A stretch of DNA of 64,000 nucleotides from a virus (Duplodnaviria; Heunggongvirae; Uroviricota; Caudoviricetes): the IMG/VR virus record IMGVR_UViG_3300021600_000004. One strand, written 5' to 3'. Numbering within the stretch: the stretch's first letter is position 1; the number at the start of each line of letters is the position of its first letter. Both the position numbers and the translations under genes were made by a program. The notes under the pieces are model-generated. The model did no database searches and was not told where the DNA came from. It saw only the letters and a list, made by a program, of their open reading frames with translations. Shown piece after piece: positions 21,501 through 30,130 of the stretch.

Positions 21501-23408
21501 ACCAGTGTTACAATCTGTATATTGTAATGTACCAGCAGCGTAAACAAGTATTTTAAATGTACCACACTGAGAATTAAATCCATTATTCTTCTCAAGAAGG
21601 AATGGATCTTTATTAAGATCATTATAAGGATAGTTAGGATAGTAGTAATCGGTTTCTTCTCTTGTGTATTTACCTACATTTCTAAGAATTCCTTTTGCTA
21701 CAATAGATTTATTTGTGCTTCTATCTCCTCTTGTTATTTTATATCCAGCTATATTGTTCTTCTCTTGTTGTGTAAGAGTTGATTGATTTATTAATTGAAC
21801 AATTTGATCTGTACTAACTCTAACACCAATTGGATAAATGGCATCATTTTGCATTGTGGTTTTATATGTACCATCTGCATTATATTCTGGTGCAGGAGTT
21901 TCAAATATAGGAGAAACTAATACATCAGGAAACTTATGATGTCTAATATGTGCACCAGCAAGATTGCCCCATACAAGAGTGTTACATGGATATTCTTCTG
22001 TTGATTCCCAATAAGCAAAGTCACCATATTGATATGGTGTAGCATTTCCAATAGGAGGTCCTATAGCAGTTCCAGTTACAGATGCTGTATTATATATCTG
22101 CCAATATGGAGCACTTGTTCCTGTACCAATAAAATCAGGATTAGTTGATGGTACATCTGGATAAGCTTCATTTGAATTCTTAGCTCTACCAGGAATATGA
22201 AAACTATCTGTTTGTTTACCGTTCTTTAATAAGAATGTTATTTCAAATGCGTACACCTCATCTCTAAGATAACCTCTTAGATTTACAGTGTTTAATGCAT
22301 TTGCATAACTGTCTGTACTAGGAAGTTTATAAGTTTCCCATTGAAGATCAATCTTATTAGCAATATTTTGATAATTAATTTTATCAATAGATGTAAGATT
22401 ATCCCACACTAATATATCCTGAACTGCTGTTAAGTCTTGAGCTATATCATAATATGGAAACTTCTCAAATATATCAGCAGTGCTGAGAGGAATCTGTGTT
22501 AGATTTTGTCCTGTGTATGTTATTTGATTTGCTAAACCATCAATGAAATATGTACCTACAAGTTCTACAGATGCTACACCATTTATGGTTTTAATTACAG
22601 CTAAGTTGTAATATTGAAAATATCCTGTAAGATCTAAGTTATCAATATTTATTATAATAGCTCTACCTACAGCATAATTAAAATCTAGTGTTGTAAGTTG
22701 AGGATTAGCAATAGATGTAGGGTTAGTAACTGAATAATAAGATGTATAACCATCTCCTATAGCACTAGCGTATTGAATAGCAAATTGATATGTACCAGCA
22801 GTTAAATCTCCAACATTAGTTACATCTGCTATAACTAGTTCTGGTATAGAAAAATTAGGTTGAATATTTAATTTATTACAATCAATTACACCTTCTTCTA
22901 CAACAGGATCACATATAATCCCATCAACATAAATTGTAACCCATGGTGGATTAGTTAGATTTAAATATCTTCTAGGATTTAATCCATCTGTCCAATATAT
23001 TTCTGTTACACAATTTGTAATCTTGTGTACAGCTTTATGAATTGGATAGTTTATATTAAAATTAAGACAGTCTCCTTGAATATATTGAACATATACACAA
23101 TCATTATTTTCCATATATCCTATTTGAGAAGCTCCTGTTTCAGGATTAACTAAAAAGAATATATGCTTATTTTGTTCTGGAATAAAATGATTACCTATAT
23201 TATGAAAGTTTTCAGGAAAGTTTAGACAAAACTCATTACCTGGCTCATTCTGATAGTTTACAGAATTAGCATCGAAGTTTTCTACAGCAGCGTTTAATGC
23301 ATATGTAAGAGCACCTTTAGGAACTTGTCCTATAGATGAATCCATATTTAAACCACTCTGTCCAGAATTGGTTTCTTGTCTAACATTCCCTTGTTCTTGA
23401 TCTGCCAT
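18555..23408 (-). CDS. Giant tail protein (1617 aa) with several poly-Thr linkers and a C-terminal Cys-containing module
   Basis: Intact 1617 aa ORF with Thr tracts (VGTTTTTTTSAGT; PTTTTTTTSTTTTTTTATPTTTTTTT). The C-terminal module ...YYDCTNV...GCTPINAHGFGPGNLGPDRWLIVSGPGYG...C resembles the C-terminus of the 161 aa ORF. Confidence 0.7.
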   Translation of the reverse strand: MADQEQGNVRQETNSGQSGLNMDSSIGQVPKGALTYALNAAVENFDANSVNYQNEPGNEFCLNFPENFHNIGNHFIPEQNKHIFFLVNPETGASQIGYMENNDCVYVQYIQGDCLNFNINYPIHKAVHKITNCVTEIYWTDGLNPRRYLNLTNPPWVTIYVDGIICDPVVEEGVIDCNKLNIQPNFSIPELVIADVTNVGDLTAGTYQFAIQYASAIGDGYTSYYSVTNPTSIANPQLTTLDFNYAVGRAIIINIDNLDLTGYFQYYNLAVIKTINGVASVELVGTYFIDGLANQITYTGQNLTQIPLSTADIFEKFPYYDIAQDLTAVQDILVWDNLTSIDKINYQNIANKIDLQWETYKLPSTDSYANALNTVNLRGYLRDEVYAFEITFLLKNGKQTDSFHIPGRAKNSNEAYPDVPSTNPDFIGTGTSAPYWQIYNTASVTGTAIGPPIGNATPYQYGDFAYWESTEEYPCNTLVWGNLAGAHIRHHKFPDVLVSPIFETPAPEYNADGTYKTTMQNDAIYPIGVRVSTDQIVQLINQSTLTQQEKNNIAGYKITRGDRSTNKSIVAKGILRNVGKYTREETDYYYPNYPYNDLNKDPFLLEKNNGFNSQCGTFKILVYAAGTLQYTDCNTGELTVENVGFYTLTQCSMTVPVMLTGAAVIENMTATSYTLAAFYDGVTTWANFQYTIPGGSSATAFVEVDKPQTISSSTVPTYTNGTGKYSITQVNNINIACYPDELEAFNDDSSKYRQVFNSPETSFGQPILGNILKLESAIYGAGKAHFVQVKKHALYKLISEQAQVEALTSSYNIANITGTFDSTAMFTAYQAYLQIYINGISRRNFTYSFNSIASYDYSADIANNIGVKQRELDIYQYLIPGVQSVGDDHNVNNFQRESSVYLKTKEAVQPLPFPNQTPSVVVAGNSLISDNSRFTLSQRNTCTIPEMQEHIDTICYYASLKTMFVNQWGQMYSYSTIDTGFQRIFNSLSVSQPDVVFGGDTFITRFAFKTKLPFFIDNRVNAPDDSDVFYDEIGNVAYPQYWYSARSVLSNYIAGSVTLKNIISIKAHNLDCANDATVLVGTTTTTTTSAGTFVTSSSTTMSYTGKMYLFAYGIPSFYVESSVNVDLRQAFNNLEGDFYPHVSTGIPDNWLQQSVVPIQFDNTYHYNVTYSRQNKDNYFSHLPVDWDDNQCYTNFPFRAIYSEAQLNDPSIKVNNWLTYAPISFFDFPQTYGDLVSLDGIQNKAVLARFENKSLLYNTMLTVQTSNPQAAYLGNDTLFRSSPPIDFADTNLGYMGSQNKMLLKIPNGQITVDAKRGQIFLVAGNQAQEISAFGSGLNRFFTDHLAFEILRYFPNANIDNHFNGCGLHGVYDSKYDRVIISKLDYIPQPEYVNIIKYNSTLQKYYIEHTLGESVLIEYIDLTNRKYFCNKSWTLSFNFNTRTWISFHSYIPNWYIAENNFFYSGLNEGCDLEAIAVQEIPTPTTTTTTTIVLDCALAGFAVIGPCELDGTAYTNDPVPTTTTTTTSTTTTTTTATPTTTTTTTIGITCENWNLQALSGTVDTVIQYYDCTNVLHTVTLMPEEFLGCTPINAHGFGPGNLGPDRWLIVSGPGYGSESPC

Positions 23409-23418
23409 TTATTAAATT

Positions 23419-24387
23419 TTATCCATTTCTTCTCCAACCATAACGGTTAGTTCTATTTGGTAATTCGTACTTATTATTTCTGTTTAGATCATTCTTTATC
23501 CTTCTTTGCTTTTCCCAAGGAGTTTGTTTCTTGATTTCAATATCAGCCATAATAAATGCTTCATCAGATAAACCTTTGTAATATACTAGCTTTTGCTGTA
23601 TTTGTTGAAAGGTCTCATCAGTGAGCTGGTTAGATAGAGTTTCAAACACTTTATATTTAATAAATGCTTCTATATATTCTCTAATACGATAATTATCAGG
23701 AACCATTTGATTACCAACACAATCATATTCAGTGGCATAAAATATCAAATGAACTATACCATTTCTGAAATTAGTAACAAACTTATTATCTCTAACATCA
23801 AATGAATCATAACTAGCAGATCCTGGAGTGAACTCATGTAAAGGAGGAGCATATTGTCCAAACTCCCAAGCATTGTTATAATCTACATTACAATTTGTTC
23901 TTGCAGATATATTACCTGGTTTTAGCAAATAGTTTTGTTGATATGCTCTAGCTATAGAATTGTTTGTTTTATATACAGCTTGTATAAGCTCAGGCATACA
24001 TTCAGGACATCCTGTTACACATGTAGGATTAACACAAGGAGCACCACCAATAGTAACAGGACTCACCTGTATTGTTGTTTGTGTAGCAGCTTGAGAATAA
24101 AATGAATTAGCTGATTGATAAGGATATTGTGGAATCTCTGTACACATCCAAGCTTCTCTTACAGCATAAAAGTTATCTGGAAGTCTAGCTTGAAAGTCCT
24201 CAATATATAGAGGTTGCTCAGCAATTACAAAAGTTGTTCTGCCTAACTTCTTAAGACATTTGTCTAGATAGGTAGGAAAAAGCAAATCATCTACAGCTCC
24301 TGTATCAAAATAGCTTTTTAACTCTTCCTTGACAGTTGAATAAACTGGTTCAGGAGAGATGAAATTATACTTGTAATAGTATGACAT
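23419..24387 (-). CDS. Structural or tail-associated protein, 322 aa
   Basis: Intact ORF in the tail operon; Cys cluster (CVNPTCVTGCPEC). Confidence 0.5.
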   Translation of the reverse strand: MSYYYKYNFISPEPVYSTVKEELKSYFDTGAVDDLLFPTYLDKCLKKLGRTTFVIAEQPLYIEDFQARLPDNFYAVREAWMCTEIPQYPYQSANSFYSQAATQTTIQVSPVTIGGAPCVNPTCVTGCPECMPELIQAVYKTNNSIARAYQQNYLLKPGNISARTNCNVDYNNAWEFGQYAPPLHEFTPGSASYDSFDVRDNKFVTNFRNGIVHLIFYATEYDCVGNQMVPDNYRIREYIEAFIKYKVFETLSNQLTDETFQQIQQKLVYYKGLSDEAFIMADIEIKKQTPWEKQRRIKNDLNRNNKYELPNRTNRYGWRRNG

Positions 24388-24392
24388 TTATT

Positions 24393-24872
24393 TTATTTTT
24401 TCCACTCACAATAAATATGTTGATATTTATCGTTTGTATTGATGTAATGTGATAACAATCGTGATGTAGTACGTGAAGGTTTAAAATACCAAAGGTTTAT
24501 ATTCTTTAGTCTAGTTGATTCTTTAAACCACATCCAGCCAAAGAAATAGCCTTCTGTATGGTAATTAAAATTATATATCATCTTTCCCTTCTCTTTGGTT
24601 CTTTGCCAATTGACAGGTAGATTAACATACTCTTTACCTTGGATGTTCTTTATTTTCTTTCTCTTCTTTTTGTTAATTGAAAACTCACCAAACCCAAAAG
24701 GTAATCTAGCCTTCTCTCCAGTTTCTAATATATAATTCTTGAAATGCTCATTATAAGAGTATATAATGTTTCTCCATTCATCAAATGTAAGTTTGATATC
24801 AGGATTCTTCTTACAGAAGTTATTGTAGTTATCTTTACTGGAGCTTCTCCACTCTATATGAACTCTAGGCAT
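24393..24872 (-). CDS. Basic hypothetical protein, 159 aa
   Basis: ORF in the operon; stop and start overlap with its neighbour. Confidence 0.45.
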   Translation of the reverse strand: MPRVHIEWRSSSKDNYNNFCKKNPDIKLTFDEWRNIIYSYNEHFKNYILETGEKARLPFGFGEFSINKKKRKKIKNIQGKEYVNLPVNWQRTKEKGKMIYNFNYHTEGYFFGWMWFKESTRLKNINLWYFKPSRTTSRLLSHYINTNDKYQHIYCEWKK

Positions 24873-25603
24873 TAGTGATTTGGTTGTGCATTTGGTGCTT
24901 GACCATCTACACCATCAAATGTCATATCTGTTTTAATTCTGAAATAAGTAGATAATAACTTTTGAGATGTTAATTCTAGCACTTGTTTTTCTAAATAACC
25001 TGGACATCCATATTCTTTATCCAATGGATTCTTACACCAGTCTTCTGTACTAACAAGAGGGCCTGGTCCACATCCACATTCTGGATACATAATCTCATTA
25101 GGAACATCTTCTTCAAAGAAAGCAGCTATTCTAACAGCTTTTAACAAAGGATTATTAATGTAGAGATAACCATTAGTTATCCAATAATATTGTTCTTTCT
25201 TTATAATAGGAAGTTTTAATAGATTTAAATACCTATTGATTGTAATCTCTTTAAATCTCTTACCCTGTCCACCCATAGCATTTATAGAATAAACACCTTG
25301 AATAAGATATTGGTAGTTTCCTTCAGATATACGAGGAATTTTAAATCTAGTTCTTGCTACATTACAAGGATCAACATATTCACAACACTCAGAAATAGGA
25401 ACTTCTATCATCTCTAAACAAGGGATGGTAGTAAATACAGTATCAGTAGCCCAAAGCTTTCTGAGGTTTGTCTCACGTTTAATCAATAATTGTGTATTGT
25501 TTTTAATCTCAGATGCCACCACTCTATCAGTGATAAGATTATCTGTTGATAAAAGCTTGTGCATTGACCGCACATCTGAAACCATTTTTCTTAATGTTGC
25601 CAT
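24872..25603 (-). CDS. Cys-rich hypothetical structural protein, 243 aa
   Basis: ORF shares start and stop positions with flanking genes; contains CCEYVDPC and CGCGPGP. Confidence 0.45.
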   Translation of the reverse strand: MATLRKMVSDVRSMHKLLSTDNLITDRVVASEIKNNTQLLIKRETNLRKLWATDTVFTTIPCLEMIEVPISECCEYVDPCNVARTRFKIPRISEGNYQYLIQGVYSINAMGGQGKRFKEITINRYLNLLKLPIIKKEQYYWITNGYLYINNPLLKAVRIAAFFEEDVPNEIMYPECGCGPGPLVSTEDWCKNPLDKEYGCPGYLEKQVLELTSQKLLSTYFRIKTDMTFDGVDGQAPNAQPNH

Positions 25604-26853
25604 TATAAGTATTGTTTGAATATATTTGTCATCCCATCATTCTCATCTATTAAGAATCCAGTCACTTCAGCTTTTGACATCACATGACCATTCTTATCAT
25701 CCCAAAGACTTTTAGCATTAGAGAATGCTGGAATTTGGTAAAATTTAATACCATTAAAATCGTGACTCACCTCATGGTGCTTATCTCCTGTGAAGATGTA
25801 AAAGTTTTTATGGAAAGACCAACCATCTTTAAATTCCATTGGAAATATTGCTGCTAACTTAGCAGGCTTAATAGCATCTCCATGATTAAACATCATAGCA
25901 GAAATACCATAACTTATATACTTTCTATATTTAGGAGAACAATCAAATTCTAATCTAGCTGTTCCTCTGAAATAACTTTGTAACCAATTAACCATATGCC
26001 AACCTACATACTCATCATGATTACCTGCTACATATATAACATTAACATTTTCAGCATATTGTAATAACATTGTAATCATTAGCACCTCATGGTTACATAT
26101 ATATTCAAATGATTGTTGATATGTATGTGTATTAGTTTGAGGGGTACCCTTGGTTGTAGCTCCTGAATATTCACTATTAAATTCATCAGAACCAATAATG
26201 TATGTAATGTTCTCTAGATTGTTTGAAAGAGCTGCTTGTGTAGCAATCAATTCCACCTTGTATAGAATATCTCCTAATCTTTCATTGATGTCATTATTTC
26301 CATCAATATCATATTTGTTTAGATGAGAGTCTTGTTTATTAATAATTAATGAGCCAAAAGATTTATTTAAAGCAAACTTAGGACTCATTATTTCTTGAGA
26401 GATGGGTTCATATGAAGCTAGGAAGTCAATAAATGAATCTTGAAACACTTGTTCATCCTTCTTTTTACCTAACCAAGCTTTAACCTGCCAGTGTGGTGAA
26501 TCACTATTACCCCAGAAATTCTGTATATATTTAGTTATCTCCCACTTATCTGTATCTATTTTGCATTTGACTATAAGCTCTTCCAAGCTTTTAATCTCTT
26601 CTTTTGTATTGATTACAATTTCTCCTATTCCTTTAACTAAATCTTCTTCAAACTTAACCACTACATCTTCTAATTCACTAATGTAGTTTCCTATCTCAGC
26701 AGCTTCTTCAGCCTGCTCTCTTCTTCTGATGTCTGATAACAGCTCATCAATTTCAAACTCTGTAATTCCTAATTTTTCTGCATAAAACTTTTTGCTTTTC
26801 TTCCAATGTAACATTTGTTGAAGCTGGTTCAACAGGTTGTTGTTTTCTGACAT
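25603..26853 (-). CDS. Calcineurin-like metallophosphoesterase (Mre11/SbcD- or PPase-like), 416 aa; first gene of the tail operon
   Basis: Ordered phosphoesterase motifs: D-S-H (QDSHLN), GD (LGDILYKV), GNHDE (VIYVAGNHDEY), NHGD and GDKHHEV. Confidence 0.65.
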   Translation of the reverse strand: MSENNNLLNQLQQMLHWKKSKKFYAEKLGITEFEIDELLSDIRRREQAEEAAEIGNYISELEDVVVKFEEDLVKGIGEIVINTKEEIKSLEELIVKCKIDTDKWEITKYIQNFWGNSDSPHWQVKAWLGKKKDEQVFQDSFIDFLASYEPISQEIMSPKFALNKSFGSLIINKQDSHLNKYDIDGNNDINERLGDILYKVELIATQAALSNNLENITYIIGSDEFNSEYSGATTKGTPQTNTHTYQQSFEYICNHEVLMITMLLQYAENVNVIYVAGNHDEYVGWHMVNWLQSYFRGTARLEFDCSPKYRKYISYGISAMMFNHGDAIKPAKLAAIFPMEFKDGWSFHKNFYIFTGDKHHEVSHDFNGIKFYQIPAFSNAKSLWDDKNGHVMSKAEVTGFLIDENDGMTNIFKQYL

Positions 26854-26960
26854 ATGGTCTTTTTTGGTTAAAATTAGAGTAAAGATAGGTATTTATTTTG
26901 ATATCTACCAAATTTAATTAACTTATTTGATTATTCACTTTAATCAACTTGATTAGAGTT

Positions 26961-26998
26961 TAAACAAAAAACCCCCTAAGTAGAAACTCAAGGGGAAA
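26961..26998 (-). terminator. Rho-independent terminator closing the upstream fibre-gene transcription unit
   Basis: On the minus-strand RNA, CCCCUUGAG...CUUAGGGGG forms a 9 bp stem (two wobbles) followed by UUUUUUGUUU. It lies just 3' of the stop of 27033..27518. Confidence 0.6.
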
Positions 26999-27032
26999 AT
27001 CTTGTAAACCAACAAACAAGATTTTTGATTAA

Positions 27033-27518
27033 TTATGCAACACAGGGGCCTAGATCTAATAGATATCCATAGTCACCACTGATTGATGATACACACACTC
27101 CATATCCTGGAGGAATTTCATATCCTACAACCGCTGGTCCACCAAGACAATCAACATAATTTATTGTATATGTAGTTTCTGTATTGTTGTAATAGTTTGT
27201 ACAAGGAAGTGCTGTAGTTGTTGTAGTTGTAGTGCTTGTAGATGTACTAGTTGTAGTTGTGCTAGTAGATGAACTTGTAGTGGTTGTTGTGGTTGGATAA
27301 CCTTCAACATTCAAAAATAAGTCTCTATCACAAACTCCTGTAGATTGTACAAGAATACCACTTGTTCCATCAGGAACTAATGATGATAAATATCCAGCAA
27401 GTAATGCAGCTTTAGATACACCTGTTTCAAAAGGTGTAGTGTATCCATCTAAATCTGAATATAAGTCAAAAGGACCTGTATCTGCACCTGCTAAAGTTAA
27501 TGTTATTAATACTGTCAT
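27033..27518 (-). CDS. Tail fibre-like protein (161 aa): conserved N-terminal TGPF domain, poly-Thr linker, C-terminal Cys module
   Basis: MTVLITLTLAGADTGPFDLYSDL...LVQSTGVC, then TTTTTSSSTSTTTTSTSTSTTTTTTT linker, then C-terminus ...YVDCLGG...GYG..C. Confidence 0.55.
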   Translation of the reverse strand: MTVLITLTLAGADTGPFDLYSDLDGYTTPFETGVSKAALLAGYLSSLVPDGTSGILVQSTGVCDRDLFLNVEGYPTTTTTTSSSTSTTTTSTSTSTTTTTTTALPCTNYYNNTETTYTINYVDCLGGPAVVGYEIPPGYGVCVSSISGDYGYLLDLGPCVA

Positions 27519-27528
27519 TGGTTTGGTT

Positions 27529-27837
27529 TTAAGGAGTTGTTGTAGTGGTAGTAGTAGTTGATGTACAATTACTTACTATAGTACAAAATAATAAAGATAG
27601 AGACTGACTCAATGCTATTGTTGATAAGATCTCATGAGCAAGTGTTGTAGGATCTAATTTAGCATCTATTTTCTGTAATATTGTTGTAAGACACTCTCCT
27701 GTAACAATATCTGTATTTGGTAGGTTAGGACCACTATATGTTACATTATTAGATGTGATTACACATTCACTACATCCACAGTTTTCACTTGGATGATAGT
27801 AAGCATTATAACATGGAGTTCCAGGTAGGCAAGCCAT
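27529..27837 (-). CDS. Small Cys-rich protein (102 aa) with a C-terminal poly-Thr tail; LxKIDxKL motif family
   Basis: ...CLTTILQKIDAKLDPTTL... ending TSTTTTTTTTP. Confidence 0.45.
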   Translation of the reverse strand: MACLPGTPCYNAYYHPSENCGCSECVITSNNVTYSGPNLPNTDIVTGECLTTILQKIDAKLDPTTLAHEILSTIALSQSLSLLFCTIVSNCTSTTTTTTTTP

Positions 27838-27856
27838 TTATAGTTGATTTATAATA

Positions 27857-29098
27857 TTAAGGAATATACATTATATAATATGCAGCAATAACAGGTTGAA
27901 TATTTGCATGATTTTCACCACTACCAGTATTACCATTACTTACACCTACAGCAGTTGTTACACTGATGTTTGTATATGATGATGTTGTTAATACGTTTTG
28001 AGGACTAGTTGTAGAAAGACCTATACTACCACCTCCACCAGTATCTCCTGCATGTCCTGCATAGTGTGTATGTCCAGGATCTACTAATAGACCATTTGCT
28101 TTAGTTGCTGTACTTTGTGATACAGTTGTTGCATGTGTGTGACTAGGTATTTGTGAAACATTTAATCCCACTGTATTTGCACCAACTAAATCTCCAAGAT
28201 CATAATTTGGATTACCAGCATATATAGGATTTACAGCAGAAGATAATGGACCACCTGGTACATCAAATATTGCACCAACACCAACTCTTCCTCTTTTATC
28301 AGGAGTGCCATTTGAACCATTACATAGATACACCTTATCCCATCCTAATGCACTTATACCAGCACCTGTACCATCAAAGTTTGTCAATGGTCCATAATAC
28401 TCTATAACAGCGTAAGGAATCATCTTTACATACTGTTGTGTAGAAGGAAGTTGACTAGATAAATAAGCAGCTATTAGGGCATTTAAATCAGCAAGTTTTA
28501 CATACGTAACATCTGCATAGATTTCAAATGCATCTAGGTTAGCACTTACTAAACAAAGTTTATCTATTGTAGCTTGAAGAGTCTGATGTGTTATAGAGTT
28601 TCCAGGAACCACTGTAAGGCAGTCTGTTGTATAAGGAGCTTCTATATCAAAAATAAGTCCTACTCCTATATCAATTTCTGATTGTAGTTCACAAACAGAT
28701 TTTACTAAAGCTTCAAATATTTGTGCAGATGTCCATGTATCTGGTATAGTTGGACTAGGTAAGTAAGCATCTATAAGAACACAACGTATTGCATCTATTA
28801 AAAGAACCTTATCTCCTTCTCCAGTTAAAAGGGGAACTAGATTATCAATTATATTAGTTAATACAAGTTTAAGGTTATCTCCAGTTTGTATATCTAAAGG
28901 TATGCTATCAAGACCTGTATATCTAACACACGCATCAGGAGTTACTGATACACAACCATTATAACAAGCATCACAAGAACTGTGATATGCTGTGGTGGTG
29001 GTAGAAGTAGTAGTAGAAGTGGTACTAGTACTAGAAGTAGTAGTAGAAGTTGTACTAGAAGTACTACTAGAAGTAGTAGTAGTGGTGGTTTCTGGCAT
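27857..29098 (-). CDS. Tail fibre protein (413 aa) with an N-terminal Ser/Thr-rich linker and a C-terminal phage tail-collar-like domain
   Basis: N-terminus MPETTTTTTSSSTSSTTSTTTSST... The C-terminus ...GSGENHANIQPVIAAYYIMYIP resembles the tail-collar or fibre C-terminal motif (N-x-QP ... YII). Confidence 0.6.
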   Translation of the reverse strand: MPETTTTTTSSSTSSTTSTTTSSTSTTSTTTSTTTTAYHSSCDACYNGCVSVTPDACVRYTGLDSIPLDIQTGDNLKLVLTNIIDNLVPLLTGEGDKVLLIDAIRCVLIDAYLPSPTIPDTWTSAQIFEALVKSVCELQSEIDIGVGLIFDIEAPYTTDCLTVVPGNSITHQTLQATIDKLCLVSANLDAFEIYADVTYVKLADLNALIAAYLSSQLPSTQQYVKMIPYAVIEYYGPLTNFDGTGAGISALGWDKVYLCNGSNGTPDKRGRVGVGAIFDVPGGPLSSAVNPIYAGNPNYDLGDLVGANTVGLNVSQIPSHTHATTVSQSTATKANGLLVDPGHTHYAGHAGDTGGGGSIGLSTTSPQNVLTTSSYTNISVTTAVGVSNGNTGSGENHANIQPVIAAYYIMYIP

Positions 29099-29106
29099 CT
29101 TATAAG

Positions 29107-29373
29107 TTATTTATGAATTAAAAGTTTAACTCTACTAGCTATTCTTTTTATAGTGTAGGATTTAGCATAATCTGGATTACAATACTTATATGTTAATATT
29201 CTTTTGTAATTTAATAAATCACCAATTGGACTACATCCAAGGTTATAGTTCATAGAAAATATAATATTATTATATTGAATCTTAGCCAACTCTGTTAGCT
29301 TTGCATCAATATCTTTTAGTAACACAGGAATGCTTGCACATTCTATACAGTTAGTTAATCTTGGCGATAACAT
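29107..29373 (-). CDS. Small protein (88 aa) of the LxKIDxKL family
   Basis: ...IPVLLKDIDAKLTELAKI... shares a motif with the 102 aa and 243 aa proteins. Confidence 0.45.
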   Translation of the reverse strand: MLSPRLTNCIECASIPVLLKDIDAKLTELAKIQYNNIIFSMNYNLGCSPIGDLLNYKRILTYKYCNPDYAKSYTIKRIASRVKLLIHK

Positions 29374-29485
29374 CTTTAGCTAGTTTAGCTGCTTGCTGAA
29401 CAGCATAGTTACATGCTGAACATAAGCCATTAATTAATTGACAACCACATCCCACCTTAGCTCTACAGTTTTTACAGTTTGCCAT
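29351..29485 (-). CDS. Unlisted 44 aa Cys-rich mini-ORF (MANCKNCRAKVGCGCQLINGLCSACNYAVQQAAKLAKDVIAKIN) overlapping the start of the 88 aa gene in another frame
   Basis: Hand translation of the minus strand from ATG 29485 to TAA 29353-29351; 7 Cys in the first 30 residues; fills an otherwise empty 114-nt gap. Confidence 0.3.
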   Translation of the reverse strand: MANCKNCRAKVGCGCQLINGLCSACNYAVQQAAKLAKDVIAKIN

Positions 29486-29486
29486 T

Positions 29487-30047
29487 TTAAACAAAGTTGA
29501 TTTGATAATTATTACCAGAACAACCACAGTTGTTTCTTATAAAGTTATTCAACATATTATTTGCTTGTATATACAATGTGTTAGCTGTGTCTATAGCACA
29601 GTTATTTGCTGCAGCTATAGATCCTGATATCATATAGTATATACTATTTAAATTCACTTTTGATTGTGTTTTAATAGCAAGATCACATTCCATCATATCA
29701 AGTTTCATAAATGCACTATCAAACTTTTCTTGTATTAATTCTGTACGCATGATGTTCTTTTCTACATAATTTATATATGCAGGAGAAACTGTATATCTCA
29801 AATAGTATATACCATCTGGTAAAGGAATTAATGGATCTCCTACACCACTAAGTCCTAATGATGTTGAATTAAATATATTAAAATCATTCACTACAAATGG
29901 TAGAAACACAGGTGTAGCAAATCCAGGAATAGTAATTTCTATTGTAGGAGCAGTGACAACAGGAGGATCTGTATCATATGTTGAAGCATCTGCGATTCCT
30001 AATGTAAGTGTATTGTAAGTAGGTATTACCAGTATGTCTAAAGTCAT
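29487..30047 (-). CDS. Structural protein (~186 aa; track ORF 29487..30095). Start is probably the internal ATG at 30047, just after the hairpin
   Basis: The track ORF begins inside a strong hairpin and terminator (30064-30105). The in-frame ATG at 30047 (MTLDILVIPTYN...) lies immediately 3' of it. Confidence 0.5.
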   Translation of the reverse strand: MTLDILVIPTYNTLTLGIADASTYDTDPPVVTAPTIEITIPGFATPVFLPFVVNDFNIFNSTSLGLSGVGDPLIPLPDGIYYLRYTVSPAYINYVEKNIMRTELIQEKFDSAFMKLDMMECDLAIKTQSKVNLNSIYYMISGSIAAANNCAIDTANTLYIQANNMLNNFIRNNCGCSGNNYQINFV

Positions 30048-30049
30048 AT

Positions 30050-30105
30050 TCTTTAAAATAAAAATGCCAGAGGATTTGAGAATTAATCCTCTCACCCTCT
30101 GGCAT
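30050..30105 (-). terminator. Hairpin plus U-tract terminator after the 387 aa structural gene
   Basis: Perfect 10 bp inverted repeat ATGCCAGAGG/CCTCTGGCAT (30064-30073 / 30096-30105) with an inner AGGATT/AATCCT pairing. On the minus RNA it is followed by UUUUUAUUUU. Confidence 0.6.
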
Positions 30106-30130
30106 AGGTTATATAATAACTACTTTCTTC

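Noticed and set aside
27529-27837. Possibility that the 102 aa ORF (ending in poly-Thr) and the 161 aa ORF (27033..27518) are one gene split by a frameshift
   Set aside because: The homologous TGPF domain is strictly N-terminal in the 288 aa paralog (starting at its Met), so the 161 aa ORF is most simply an independent gene. The 10-nt gap with a clean stop supports two genes. A fusion in relatives cannot be excluded.
18780-29090. CRISPR-like or tandem-repeat arrays suggested by repetitive GTTGT(A/G)GTTGT tracts
   Set aside because: All the tracts are in frame within long ORFs and encode Thr/Ser linkers. The repeats are irregular with no spacer and repeat periodicity.
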